Shown: positions 10,000 to 23,833 of the stretch, in pieces
How the letters are laid out: each line of letters begins with the position of its first letter
How positions within the stretch are numbered: the stretch's first letter is position 1
Origin: Psammoneis japonica
Taxonomy: Eukaryota
Direction of reading: 5' to 3'
DNA length: 36,155 nt
NCBI GenBank assembly: GCA_008632985.1
Contig: QPGO01000171.1
Span: 124,001-160,155, forward strand
The notes under the pieces: generated by a model
Told to the model about the DNA's origin: nothing
The model's database searches: none
The model's input: only the letters and a program-made list of their open reading frames with translations
Position numbers and translations under genes: made by a program

Positions 10000-12900
10000 C
10001 CTTACAAGAGCCTTCCTTGACCGTCCCCAACAAGAAGTCCAGGACCGCATCACCCTCGAACCCGGCACATTCTCCAGCATCTGGCGACATGCTGTTATCC
10101 CGGGAGGCGCACCGCACTCTCACCACCAACCTTCCCACTTTGTCAGAAACTGTGGATCATACAAAATCCTCTTCTTCCCTAAAAGGTCCTCCCTCCAACC
10201 CACCCGCCTCCCGGCCTGTTGTTGCGGCAAATCACCCTGTTGTTGCGTCTCCTCCACTGGACCCCAACGACATGTCGTGGCTGGACAAGTCCACCCTTCG
10301 CCAGCACTTTGACCCATCCAAGTGCTGATCTGTTGCATCAGAGGAAGTTGCTGCCCATGTGTCACGCCTTCAAATTGTTGACAAGGCGACCAACACGGAG
10401 TGTGTGCTGCACCATTCCACCGCCAACTTTTACCTTGCAGACAACCTGAGGGAGAACTGGCACATTTTTCCAATGAAACCCCCACAAGCAATCCCACCAC
10501 CGCACATCTCATGTCAGAGCTGAGGGCCCTCCTCACCTGGATCACTGCTTGGACAAACTCTCCATTGCCCGACAAGCAAACTCTCTTTACAACGGGCACT
10601 TTGGTTGCCTTCGTGTGTGCACTCCTGCCCTTTTGCTTTTCATTTTGTTGAAGGGTGAGTCAGATCTAAAATGCAACAGATTGCTCGCAGTTGAGAAGGA
10701 AGACAGATGGAGGATCAAGTTTGGCTGTGCTGGGCGGTTGCATCATCCAAAGGAGCCAGGCTCTACAAAATCTGCCAAACCCAAGGCCACACATGGTCTT
10801 GATGTTTTTGATCCTGACGAAAACTTCAACGCAAAAGAGTCATTCAAAATCAAGGCCACAGTGGCAGACATTCTTGACTCGATTCAGCTTTGCAAAAACG
10901 AGGTCGAGCTTCAGAAGCTGAGCAATCCTCCACCATTCAACTGGTTGCTTTGCTGCGACAAAAGTGTTTGAAAGCATTTTGCGACAAAATGGGTTGTCTG
11001 TGTTTCCCACAGGAGGATGTCACCATGCAGGGATTGTGCACATCCGGTGGTCAACACTGTGATGGACACCGTGACGGAAAAAACTGCACGTGGCTTCGAC
11101 ACAAAAAAACAGCCGCCGGTTGTTTTTTTGTCATGGATGCCTCTGGCAACACATGGTCCTTCAAGGTGGTCACCACCAGCAGAAGTCCCATTGGTCAACA
11201 CTGCGACAACAAGTGCGACATGAAGCTGATGCTGACTCGGATGCACCACAACCAAACTCAGCCCAACTTTGTGCTTCAAGACATGGACCTCCAACATGAT
11301 GGTCCCACCCATCCTGACTTTGTGCTAACCGCCCGTACATTCAAAAATCTCTCACTGGATGACAGCAGGCCATGGGACAATGTTGTCATTGGCGGAGGTG
11401 GAGACACGGGAATTCCCAAGGTGCACATGGATCGGCTGAAGTTCCCTGCATTCCCTGTGAGAGACTTCCACCCATCTGCCCCAGCCACAGTTCTGTGCCA
11501 TTTCAAGAACATTGTGTGCAGATCTGGGCCAGATCTGAAATGAGTCACAAGACTGGCTGTCCTTGCCAGTTGTCCAATGGGACATCACCGATTCCACTGT
11601 GTTGGGGACAAGCACCTGCCCGACCCATGTTGCCAAGGCATGGACCCATTTTTACAATTTGCCAATTCCTTGATGAATGAGTTTGGCATTTTGTTCAGCA
11701 ACCCACAGGTGGGCAGGATCAGCCCTGCCAATTTGACCCACAAGAAGTTCACTGAGGTTTTTATTGACAACAGGTGCATGAGCACCACTGGTGACCTGGT
11801 CAACCTGATCATCAACAAAATCTTTGCAGTGCCACTTTGGATCAATGACCACGTGATCACCGATGAGTTCTGTCCCAATTTAATGGAACAACACTGCAAG
11901 GCTGCCTGCAATGTTTGGGCACACCGGCAAGCATTTTTTTCAGCAAGATTTGTCTCATGTTGGTGCTGCATTGTCATGCGCCATCCGGTGTTGCAGTGAA
12001 GGACCACCTGTGTTTGAACAACATGGTGCATCCTGTCTTCAATTCTGGAGCTGCCACTCAACTGGCCCACATCAACCCAGAAGAACAACCGCTCATGCAC
12101 CAACGGATGTCATCGGAGACCGGGACCGAAAAGCATGGTTGGAATGGAACAGAGCACAAACTTTGTGAGAATGCCAACAATCACTGCACCTGCATGTTCA
12201 ATCACATGTTCCATGGTCCATGTTCTGGACAAGACCTGCTCACATTTTCTCCCTCAGGTCATCATCTGCGCAAGCCCTGTGGATTAGAAGAGTGTCAAAC
12301 AGTGGAGTGTGTTGACTCAGACCCAAACCTGTACAAGCAAAAAGTTGCAATGGTTCACGATGGAATTGTGGCTGACAACGAACTAGACTCCTTGTCTGGA
12401 GCATCCAACAGTGATGATTCCTTGTCACGTGATGGACTTGCGGCCAACAATGAATTAAACTCATTGTTGGGAGCATCCAACGTGGACAAATCCTTGACAC
12501 ATGATGGACTTGTGGCAGACAATGAACTAAGCTCCTTGCCAGAAGAATCCTCCCTCAACAAAGAAAGTGAGGGAGCAGAGACCGCAAGTCACCAATCGTT
12601 GCATGATGGATTGGCCTTTGACACAGGGGTTGATGGATGCAACGAATCAGATCACTGCATGCCCATCGTCACTCTGGATGATGAGGAGGTGTCTGTTGAT
12701 GCAACCGACGTGCAAAGGCACCTGACCTTTCACAAAATCCCAATCTGGACATGAATGAATGCATGGGTGCAACTTCAGTGTGAGTCTCACATTGGTGCAT
12801 TGTCCCATTCTATTTTCTTATTGTTCTCTTTGACTTGTGTGTCGACTGTGGTTGTGGCTCATGTGAGACTCTTGTTTCAATTTTTTAACACTCCCCAGTC

Positions 12901-13774
12901 ATGAGGGCAGTGCCAAAATCCTGTGGCTGTGCATGATGAGGCCTGTCAATGCAGGAGAGCTGTCCTTCGATGAACTTTGTTCTGACCATGGGGTGGAGGC
13001 TGTGGCAAACACTTGGCAATGAAGAGACGAGGCAAGGTGTCAAGTTGCGGAGGACCTCTGTGCAAACGCCATTGTGGAGGTGCACAGCATCTCTCTGCAG
13101 GACGGAAGTGCCACTCACCAGCACCTAAATTGCAACATTTCTGCCAAGGATTTCATCAATTGCGTGAAGTTGCGATTCGACGGTGAGATTGATTTTAAGA
13201 AGAGTGGATTTGTTCAGATTTGCATGGACCACCACTGGATGCAATGGGGGGAGTGGCAGCAGACATCTTTCCGAAATCACTTCTTCCACAAAAACCTGAA
13301 AGAGATGATGCAATCATTGTTGCATCCCAAGTTTGAAAGGTGCTGCATCATAGTCCTGAGTTTGAAAGGTGTTGCATCACAGTCCCATGCAACCTGTGGT
13401 CCCTCACCTAAGTCATGCACAACCTGGAGTGCATGGCAGAACATGCGCTGATTCAATGCATGACCCATGAAACGGTGATGGACAAAGTTACGATTTACCA
13501 GTCATCCCTCGAAATTGCAGAGCAGGACAGGAGGGATGGGCTTGGAAAACCATCCAACCAGGAAGCCATGCATTTGGGAGTCATGGAACAGGAAATTTGG
13601 GAAACCCTGTCAGAAACAGAAAGGGATGCTGTCCCAGAATTCCTCAAGCAATTTTGGAGTTACGATCCAAAGAAGCCATTGAAGTTCTTTTCCTTTGAGA
13701 GAAGAATGCCAAAAAAAACAGATCTACATTTAAAGTGCTGTCACTCCATTGCCAGCAAAGCTGGTGCCGGCTAA
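10000..13774 (+). pseudogene. Decayed orphan gene(s) with acidic repeats, a probable intron (12780-12898) and a C-terminal Rossmann/methyltransferase-like segment
   Basis: Chain of + strand ORFs (10549, 10890, 11577, 11915, 13074, 13415); GTGAGT..TTAAC..CCCAG intron signals; no TE catalytic motif seen. Confidence 0.45.
12356..12545 (+). repeat. Coding tandem repeat, 72-bp unit, about 2.6 copies
   Basis: GATGGA starts at 12359, 12431 and 12503; peptide DG(I/L)(V/A)A(D/N)NEL.SL.GASN.D.SL. Confidence 0.9.
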
Positions 13775-13849
13775 CCCACACTTCCAGTGCACTGTTGAGT
13801 GCAGCAGAAGCTTGCTGGGATCAGCCAGAATGGGCGTCATTGTGAGATG

Positions 13850-16800
13850 ACGCCCCACCAAAATAGCTGGTGCTTGAGTGAGTGCCTCATGCTTTGCCTT
13901 CTTCAGGCTGTCTTTTAGGCGTGGCTTTGCCACAGCAATCCAGTTCATAATCCGTGAAGTTGAATGGGACATGTGATCGTCGATGGAATCTAAGAGCACG
14001 TCTCTGTCTTTAGCAAGACATTCTTGTCATTTGTCACAACAGCCGTGAGCTCAGCTTCCACCTGTCTGCATTGAGATGATTTCCTTGACTCTGCGTTGTG
14101 ACGGTGAACTGCTTGATTGTGTTCTTCCCAAAGTTCCCACCAGAGTTTCCAAACAAAAGTTCCCATCTGCACTCCCCAAACTGGAGGCGGAAGATTCTCC
14201 CTGTGGCACTTCTCCAGCAGGCTCTTCTCTCAAAGGTGCATCTCCTGAAGTGCATTCCAGAGAGCAGAATGCCGGCCATTAAACACCTGTTGCCACCCTG
14301 TTTCTGTCTGGGCTCTCTACAGCGGTCACAACATTGGGGTGACCTCAGATTTGTGCATCATCTCATCTCGGAACCATGCCTCTGTGGAAGTCAAAAGCAA
14401 ATCGCGAAGAGGTGGCCTTGTGTTGATTTTGTCACAGCACTTGTGTGAACCTTGTAAGAATTTACGTCGCCAGGCCTCATTGTCAGGACAACATAGGATG
14501 TGATCACAATCTTCCATTGGGCTTTTGCACATGAGACAATGATGTGGCCGCACTGGGTTGTAACAATGAGTGATTTTGTTTGTGGGAAGGAGTTCGTGAA
14601 TGAATTTAACCGTAGACACGTGTTTCTTGTAGTGCCTTTGCACTGGCATTGGGTGAACATTCCAGTCAATCTTCTCCATGGTCGTTTCGGTCCAATCATT
14701 CCATTCCCTGATGTGTGCAAGGAGATCAGGTGCCGTGGTGGCACATCGAACCGTGGATTTGAGACCTGCAGCAACTGTTCCATCTTTAAGGCACAGGTGC
14801 GATTGGCAATGGGGCAAGGGGATCACTGCCTTTGTGTCGAAGTCATGTTGTCCTTGATGTCATCCCATCAATTTGTCAGTGCGTGTGTTGACTTGTGCAT
14901 TGAGCAGGAGAGTCTCTGCTGGAGAGTGTTTGTCCTGATGCCCTTTTACCCACTCAATTGTCAGAGCCTGACCTGGGGAAGAGGAGTTTAGAGTTTGTTT
15001 GATGGCGGTGAGCATTTGATGTGTTTCATTGATGACATCCCAGTCAGATGACAGCACATTGGCACCATGCTGACGCAGACAGAAATCTTTGTCGGAATGC
15101 TTGCTTGCCAAAGGGTCGATTAAAGGACAACCGTAAGACAGTCTGGACAACACCCTAACCAGGGCCTTGTTGTCACACCAATTGTCAACTCCTTCGTGCG
15201 ATGACATCTTACAGAACTCAAGCAAGTGAAACACAAACCGTGTGAGGCACAAGAAGCCGTGCGCCTCAGCACGGTAAGATGACGGCATTCGACCAAACAC
15301 CGAACCAGCACAGTTCACCAGGGGTCTTCCCTTGAATGTGATGGTCCATCCAAAGGTTGCATTCTGATGAAGAACTGAGCCATGGCTGCCAGCCATAAGG
15401 TGACTTGACACAAAACAATCCACCAGGTTGTAGAGTGAGGTGTGAAATTCAATGTCAGAGAAGAGAGCTGACTCCCAGGAAGGCAAGGCATGCAAGCGGT
15501 CTTTGAACAGATCAGGCAAGGAAGGGCTTGTTTCAATCAAGAGCTTTGGGCAATGAGGCATGTGTTTCCATCTTCCATCTTGGGCAGTGTCAATTTCAAC
15601 CGGGAATGATGATTCAGAAGGAGAGGGAACCATCTCAATTTGATGCAGCGACGTCGCCACTGTGTCCTGGACCAAAAATGCATGAAAACCAGTTGGTGAT
15701 TGCATGCACAAGTGTGATTCTTCTGGAGACAAGTGTGCAGAGGATTGCATCCGCATCTTAGAAGGGGGAATTAGCCAATTGCCCAAGGGAGCTTTTGGGC
15801 GAATGGAGTCTGGATGACACAACAACCCGCACAAGCACATCCAGGCTCCCCATGCTCGATGGCAGGGTTTGGTCTGCTTGACGTTGTTAAGAGTGCTGAC
15901 ACTGCTAAGGTGCACAGGATTGCCGTAGACTTTGGACTCATCAAGGAAACACCCATTGGCCAGAGTGACATCTGACACTGTGAGGACTTACAGATGCAAG
16001 CAACAGCAGTTGATCCACCTGATCTCTCGAGAAGAATGTTCTTGCAACTCCAGGGCAACATCCATTGGGAACTGATCATCAATGCATTGCAAGGGAAGGA
16101 CACCATCTTGGGTGACTGCAATGCTGCCTCCGATTTGTTGCAGGAAGGATCGAACTGATGAAAACCAAAGCGACTCACTGTGAGGATGGGGAGTGCTGAC
16201 GTCTTTAAGGAAGCTAACCCCTGCACCCAGGAGGAGCTGGTTCCATGCGATGGCAATGTGAACCGCAGTGTACGATTGATCATCGTGCAGCAGATGCGGT
16301 GTTCCATGGGAGTGTTTCAGAAGCTGCTGCATTTGAGCCAGTCCTTGCTCAACATCAAGAGATCAAAATCCACCACCACCAAGGGATTGCGGGCCACACA
16401 GGATCAGGTGCTTTGTGTTTCAATTGTAGCCACATTTGGCAAAGACAACTTGCATCGCACATCGCTGAATCTGCAACAGCACTTTGGAGGCAAAGTGAGA
16501 ATGGCAAGAACAAAAGTCATCGATGGCAAACAGCACACGTGACAATGTCGCCATGATTCTGTGCAGTCAAGAGGCACAGCCCACATGAACAATGCTTTTC
16601 CATCACTCTTGGTTTGGAGAACTTGTTGCTGTTTCTTTAACGTTCCTGCCAGGGAAGGGCAATGACCCAAAGTTTTGTGGGGAGCACAGACGGACAACTG
16701 CTTGCTGTGTCTAGAGGTGGTGCGATCAGCCAAGAAAATTTCCACTGCAAGTTCTTGATTGTACGGACGAAGGCTCGGTTCACCGAAATCAGAGAAATCC

Positions 16801-17720
16801 CACTCGACAGCATGAAGGAGCACTTGGGAAGTTCTGGTTCATGCCCACTTGCGTGGAGCAAATCGCACCAGAGTTGGTTATCGTGCTGCAGTTTGGGAGC
16901 AAGATCTTCTGCGGAAGGCTGAGGTGATGCTCTGAAGTCGTCAACTTGTTTCGATGTGTCGTCAACACATCCTCGAGCGCAGATGTTGAGTTGATGAGAC
17001 CTGTCGGTGATTCAAAATGCGCTCCATTGCTGTGGCCTTTGAGTCAAAGATGTTGAACAGAAGACTGCAGAGGTCATTCCAACAAACGGGGAATTGCCAC
17101 TGCCTTGGCCAGTGCCACAGATGGGGTGGTCTGAGCTGTGAGAATGCGACTCTTCTGAAAGGCCCAACAAGGTCAGCAACCAACACCTGGCAAGATGGAC
17201 AGTGGCAATCGCTGCAACTGCAGCCAAAGGTTCCATGCCCAAACTAACTGATGTGATGGACATAAGAACTGGGAGATTCCTGTTGCAGCATGAAGTGCAA
17301 TCGTCATCGCTTGTGATCAACGTCTTGCGAGAAGTCCAAGAAATCTCCAACATGAGGACTTCCAGGAATGCAGGAGTCTGAGTGCACAAGAAGGCTCGTG
17401 TGCTGCATGTGCCTGGATTAAACAGCTGGTGTTGTTCCACATGTTGTGCGAGGGCCCTCCACTTCATGCTGGCAATCAACTGAAAGTCCGCCTCATGTGT
17501 GTGTGTGGCTCTGAGGCGGTGCATCTTGTTGTTGCTGGGCTCTGAAGATCATGATGTTGACAATGTCGCACCACCTGTCAAAGGAGCATCCCCATTTGAG
17601 TGCACAGTTGAGCAGATTTAGGCGGATCCTTTGCAATTGCACTTGAACAGCATCCAACTCTGTTCTCCTTGTTGCAGGGTTTGCTTGAGGATCCGTTGCA
17701 TGACAGGATTTGAACAAGAT
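13850..17720 (-). pseudogene. LINE ORF2 C-terminal part: RT, RNase H (~14860-15420), zinc knuckle
   Basis: ORFs 17493-17717, 17012-17524, 16404-16823, 15988-16332, 14860-15978, 14326-14826 and 13730-13999 in the expected domain order. Confidence 0.9.
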
Positions 17721-19990
17721 TTTAGTTTGTCACACACAACCATGTGTGCTCTTAGTTCCATGCGCGTCGCTTGATGTAGTTTGCTTTCGAGCCATGCGGC
17801 TCACAAGAACAACAACAGCAGCACCGACATCAACGACACCAGTCTTTTGGCTCCTGCAACGGTCTCTGCACGGAGACTCATCTGCTGTTTAGACAGCAGC
17901 AAGGAGTTGTTGTTTTCTTCCACCCAGTCATCTTCATTTTCTGTCAGATTAACAGTCTCCCTCATTGTTGTCCATTGAGTGTTCATCATCGTCATTGTCC
18001 GCCTCTAGTTGGCTTGTCAGCAGGGGTTTTTAACCCATCACTCCACTCTCAAGCAACCCAAAGCATTGCCAGCTGCGTGCCAGCTGCAGGTTCGGACGTG
18101 CTGGCACACCTCTACAGACCGGATGGGAAGCTTGGCACTTGACTACAAATGGGATGCCACAGCCCCGCGGCTTCTAGCTCATGAGACAGTTCAAGACTCC
18201 AAGTCAAGATTCAAGTCAAGTTTCAAGTTATTTCAAGCTCACCCTCTGACTCTAGCTGGTCCCGACACTCACCCAGTTGCAACATGGTTCTCACCAGACA
18301 GCAACAAATCAATGGCCTCAAGCACATCCTAGGCACTGTTCTGAATCAAGCCGCAGACAGTCCATTGCGCTCTGCTCTCAACATTGACGGAACCGATTTG
18401 CATCAGGACCTCTTTGCTTTTACTCCGATGCAACTGGATGCCCTTGTTTACAACAATGGCACCAATCAAATGCCCTTGCCATGTGGTTACAAAGCACAGA
18501 TAGCTGTGCTGATTAGCCTGCACACAGCAAAAGCGAGCAGCGGCGCCGATGTTAGCAACAACCCTCAATTGTTCACACACGAGGAGTTCACTGACTGTTG
18601 TCTTAGTGCTGAGCATGCAGCGTCCCTCTCCATGGGCACAGCACCATCTGCTCCCACTCCTGGCTCATTGCCACCCAAACCACGTGACCCCATACATGAC
18701 TTTAAACGAGGCATCAAACGTGACCCACTCACCTTCGTGCTTCTCAAGTCTGACAAACAGTGGCACACATGGCACACCTCCATCATTGCACAGGCCCGCT
18801 CTCAAGACGTCGCACGCATTCTCGACCCGACGGACAAGCCCTCTACAGCTGAGGACAAGGCCCTGTTTGACGAACAACAGAAGCACATGTTCACTGTGTT
18901 CGAATGCATCTTGCAGAATGACAAAGGCAAGGCACTTGTTCGTGAACATGGCGGCTCCTCTGATGCTCAAGCGGTGCATCGTGACCTGTCCAAGCACGCC
19001 CTTGCTTCTGCTCGCGCATCCCTGGAGTCCTCGACCCTTCTCATGTACCTTGGTGATGGCACCTGGAAAGGATCCACTCATGCCTTCACACTTCACTGGC
19101 AGGACCAGCTTTGCAAGTGTGAAGCTCTCATCCCGGGTTCGGACCATTTCTCTGCTGGCCAGAAACGTGTCATGCTTGAGAATGCTGTTCACCCTGTCAA
19201 AGAACTCCGTTCAGTAAAGAATCAGACCAATTAGTTCGGCACACAGAATGGCAAGGGCCTTTCTTACAAGCAGTGCTGTGGACTCCTGCTTTCTGCAGAG
19301 ACACAGTGCGACAGCACGTTCGCCCCCAAGACGTCTCCTTGTGCTCCACGCCGTGCCATCTACGAACATGACCTGGTCCCCAACGACCCTGATGATGATG
19401 CATTCTTCGACATTGACAGTGATGTTGACGTCATCCAAGCTTGTGCTGCACAAACTTGCGGCAACTCCCTCACCAGGGAACAATGGCATCACATTCCGCC
19501 GGACCATCAGCGCATTTGGGACACCTTGCCCCAGTCCACCAAGGCCATCATTCTTGGCTCATGCACCACCCACACTGGCAACTGCCATGACCTGATGGCG
19601 GTCAACCTGCACGACCTCCGCACTGGCAGTGATGGCAATGTCAACTTGTCCACCAATGCTCACGATCTTGTGTTGGCCTTCGCACAATCCGATGCTGCAG
19701 CTGATGCAGCTGATGCTAACCCCATTCTGGCTCATCTCACCAGGTGCAAGCCTCTGCCACCTGGCGACTTGCAACATCTCCTGGCACCTGAACAGCCTCC
19801 TTCCACCTGTTCTGGAGAGAAACCGCCCAGATCTGCACCTTCTGTCCGCTCTGATGCAAAGCCCAACAACACTGACATCAAAATCAGCAGCCACAAATGC
19901 CGTCCTGTCAACAACCACAATGTCGTCTGCTCTGCCTCGACCCCCAAATTGACTCGAAAAGGCGCCCATGTGGATCGTGGTGCAAATGGC
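17720..19990 (+). mobile_element. Truncated Copia (leader, gag, start of protease) inserted in the LINE RT
   Basis: Gag 18284-19234 with DFKRGIKRD, LFDEQQKHMF.VF, KGKALVR, WKGSTHAF, KRVMLENAV; protease-like HVDRGANG ends at 19990, where LINE sequence resumes. Confidence 0.85.
18284..19990 (+). pseudogene. Copia gag and N-terminus of protease
   Basis: ORFs 18284-19234 and 19526-20026 with the motifs above. Confidence 0.8.
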
Positions 19991-22131
19991 TTTCCAGTGG
20001 CCTGGATGAAGACCCGACTTGGTTGAAGTGGAGGTGGGTTCTGCCCATGATTTGAATTTTCCATGAACATCCTTGGCTGTGAGAAAGTTGGATGCAGACA
20101 CTGGGGTGCGTCTACGAAGATGCTTGATCAAGAGAGCTGATGCTTGATCAAGAGAGCTGTAGCTTCCGTCATCCCGAGCACAGAATGCTTGCCATCAAGA
20201 ATCAAATCAGCCATGATGGCATTTCTTTCACACCCTGAGTCAATCAACAGAGGAGGAACAGTTGGAGGAGTGCCATGAGCCTGACCAAAATGCTTCTGAT
20301 TTCTTGCAATCAAGGCGGCCGCAACATCTTGGGGAGCACCAATTGTTTCCCAGTTGTCGCATGCTTTGGGATCCTCCAACGGATTTGCGGGGACTTGCTT
20401 GCACCTCACTGACACTGAAACCATCCTTGTCTTCAAATGCACTAATCTTTCAAAACACACAGACTGTCTCCTCTGCACATCTTATGTTCCGAAGAATTTT
20501 TGCCTCTTCAGTTGCTTCAGGAGTTCCTTCAAGGTCCAGTTCTGCAATCCGAGCATCTTGTTCTTTTTCTCTGTGATGCAAACTGGCTCAAGCAACCTGT
20601 CTGCATTCGGACTGGGCTCAACAAAGGGCATTCTGACATCATGCCAAGGCAGAGGGGAAAAGGAAGGACTCTCCTGCAGTTTACATTTTTCTCGAACAAT
20701 CGAGTGCACAAAGGCAGTCCTGTTTTTAAACATCGAGAGAAGGCGAGACAGAATGAATGCTTTTCTTTGTGGGTCTGCCAGTTTTTGGGACCACTCAGGT
20801 TCATGACATCATCAACAATGCTTTGCAGTGGAGATGCAAAATTGAGTCATGTCATAGTCCAAACGTTCTGCTGGTTCATGGTCCGGATGGTCCGATTGCA
20901 GGAGAGGTTCACTTCCAGCTAACACATTTCGACTGTCAAGCATTGGACCGATTGCTTTACGGCAGGTCGTAACATGCTTTGGTGATTTTGCAAGAAGGGT
21001 GCAGTGAGAAGAACGAGGGATGTCCACGGAGGAGTTTCCGAACAACAACTCTGCATTGAAGTCCACACAGTGCGCTCGGTGGTGGGAGGAAATCCTGCAT
21101 CCGAAGGGTTCACACCCACAAGCTGTCACTGCTTGGAGAGCACCTGATGTGGCTAGGACGTAGTCGAGATGGCGGGATTCTCATGGGCAGGTGGCAAAGT
21201 CGAGATCCTGCATTTGGTTGCACATCACATCTGAGAGCTTGAATCGAATCACCAAGTGGGCTGGGGAGTCGGCATCATGTCAAAAATCTGTGTTGAAGTT
21301 GCCAAAAAGAACTGCTTTGTGATTCGGTTCATCCAAGAACATTTCCAAATCTGGGATAGATCACAACAAAAGGTGTGTCACGGGTCAGGTCATGCTCTAC
21401 CTTGTTGTTGCAGTGAGTTGACTTGTTGGGCACAGGCTGTTGTTTTCCCTGCAGAGGAGGCATTGTTTGAGCACACTCAGTGGCAAGACACAAACATGAC
21501 TTGCTTGCCCTGCTTGCCATCAAAAAATTTGCGTGGACCATCTTCCCAACTGGTCAAGCATCTTGGTGCGGCAGCGAGATGCAACTGAATTGCAGGATGT
21601 GATGGCAGTGCCACCTGGCTTGCATGGAGTTGTGAAGGGAGTGGATGATGCCAAAAAGGAGACGCAACCATGGTGTGGTGTGTTCTGGACTACTGACCGG
21701 CATGGATGGGCCATGGAGGGCTGAGAGGTGTTGAGACAGGTCTCTGACATCCCAATGACATCCTTCTGAATTTCGTTAATGACCTGGCAGAAGGAGTTGA
21801 AGTTGCCACCACGAGAGTCAGAGGAACAGCCGTTTGCATTGAACGTGCAGAGATGAGCAACATCTGGAGTTTTTGGACCAAGCGGGTCCCCAACAGCTTC
21901 ATTTGATTTTAGATTCAAACAGTCAATTGTTTGAGGGGGCAGAGAATGTTGTCTGCTGTCAAGGAGATGACTCCATTGTTGGGCGGCTTTCTGCAGAGAG
22001 GCAGATGAGGGCACATTCGGAGGGATCCCCTGTGGAGCAGCGGGAGTGACAGCAGGAGAGAAGGGGCACAACCCCTCATGTTGTTGCCATGCTCCCTCAA
22101 AGGGAGACTTGAAAAGACACATTATCTGCAT
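19988..22131 (-). pseudogene. LINE ORF2 N-terminal part: APE endonuclease and linker to RT
   Basis: ORFs 21520-22131, 20812-21129 and 20128-20478 (RNQKHFGQAHGTP); FKSW.E.TSTS..GLHPGHWKA. Confidence 0.88.
20119..20158. repeat. Perfect 20-bp tandem duplication GATGCTTGATCAAGAGAGCT x2
   Basis: Read directly; frameshifts LINE ORF2. Confidence 0.95.
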
Positions 22132-22149
22132 CTGTTGTTGTGGGCAAAG

Positions 22150-23833
22150 AAGACAACTTGGTCAGCCCCACCAAAAATGCGAGTCTTCAAGGGAAGTGTC
22201 TGTTGAGGAATTGTCCGGGGGCTCCTCAGACGAAGCTCCAGCAGGGGCACTGGCTGTTGGTTTCTTGCACACAGGAGATGAGCAGGCATCCGATTCTGGT
22301 TCTGGGAGGGGCAGCCAAGCCTGAATGAAGGTCTGCAGTTCCGTGACAAGGTTGTTGATTTGAAGCTGATGCTTTTTTGTAAGGTCCTGTTGGAGAGCAG
22401 CCACAGATTGCTGATGTTGCTCTTCAATCTTTGTCAGCCTAGCTTCATTTTCTTGTCTCATACGTGCAATTTTTTGTTTTAAATCATCCATGTCACACGC
22501 ATGATCTGTGAGGTCGGAGGCAGCAGCAGCAGGCGAAGGTTCAGAAGGGGATGAGTTGAGGACTTCAGCAAACGTTTTGAAAGGAGGAACTCCAATGTCA
22601 GTGGGAACCGGAGGAGCGGGAGGAGCCGTGCTTGTTGCTGCGGGTTTGGGTGGAGCATCTGCACTGTCTTGGGATGTGTCAGAAATGTCAAGTGAGTTCC
22701 AGCTCTTAACACTGGCTGAAAATCGTCAGAAATGCCTGGAATCATGGGAACCAGATGGCCTGGGGTTGGCAGAGCATCGGCGGGAGATCATTCAACACAC
22801 TCTGAAGATTCTGTGAGACACATGCACAGACAGACTTGTGATGTTTCTTGGACACCAAAACATTAAACCTGGAAAAGGCAGTCTTCCTCTTTGATGGAAC
22901 AACGTCTGTGACACCTTCAAGAATGATGAAACGGGGACGAAGGAAGAAGTTGAGATTGGCGGCATAATGCAGAAGAGGAACCACACAAGTCATTGCCTGA
23001 AGCTTCTGTTGGTGTTGAACAGCCTTCTTGTACACTTTGATCTTGTTTTGTGAGCAACGCCAACGGGACAGGATTGAGAATCTGGGACAAGTTTTCAGGA
23101 TTTCCAGCAACACCTGAACAACATCTTTTGCCTTTTCATGCGGAGTTTTGATTGAACAGAATTTAGCACGGACAGACTTGTCAGTCAGAGAGGTGATCTT
23201 TTGAGGGACGAGCCAAGTGGGCAGTTTTGCTCTGTGACCCTTGGGTGCAACTGCTTGAATGCTCTTGACAACGACGTTGGTTGTGCAGCATTTTGGGAGA
23301 AATTCAGAGACTTGATCTGCGTGAACAAGATTCACGACCGTTTCGTCCCATTTGTGGTGATGCATGTAGATGGAGTTAGTTTGGAGGGTTTTAGTCACAA
23401 AGGGAATGTCTCGGATGTCCGGAAGAGTCAGGGACGCATGGATGCGATGAACAATCACATGCGTTGGCTTACAATGACGAGAACCGCTGATGCAATGAAT
23501 CACGAAATGTTGAGAGTGAGCAAGGCCAGTGGTCCATTCAACCACATTGATTTCCACAATCAGCTTTCCATGATTGGAGAAAATGGACATCTTGTTTGCA
23601 AGAGGGTCCTGAGTTGCTTTCTGTTGTAAGGTTTGTAACACCTGCATGTGGCCCATGGCCAGCACAGTGGATGCGTTGGCATCGTCAGAGGTGTGTTCGA
23701 AATGGAGGGTGATCTCTGTAGTTCCATCACTGTTTGAAGCACGGTTGCTGGCACGGGCAGGAGTAGAAGGCACATCTTTGTTGTCTTTGGGTGGATCAGG
23801 GGGATCTTTGACAGTGGGGTTAGCCTGCGGCAT
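22150..23833 (-). pseudogene. LINE ORF1
   Basis: ATG at 23833 (MPQANPTVKDPPDPP); ORF 22742-23971 followed by coiled-coil-like ORF 22162-22491, directly upstream of APE. Confidence 0.7.

Noticed and set aside
12356..12545. CRISPR-like array
   Set aside because: In-frame tandem units without unique spacers; no cas genes; eukaryotic TE context.
17728..18030. Defined 5' LTR of the middle Copia
   Set aside because: A TGTCAC start is plausible, but the end and PBS are not resolvable.
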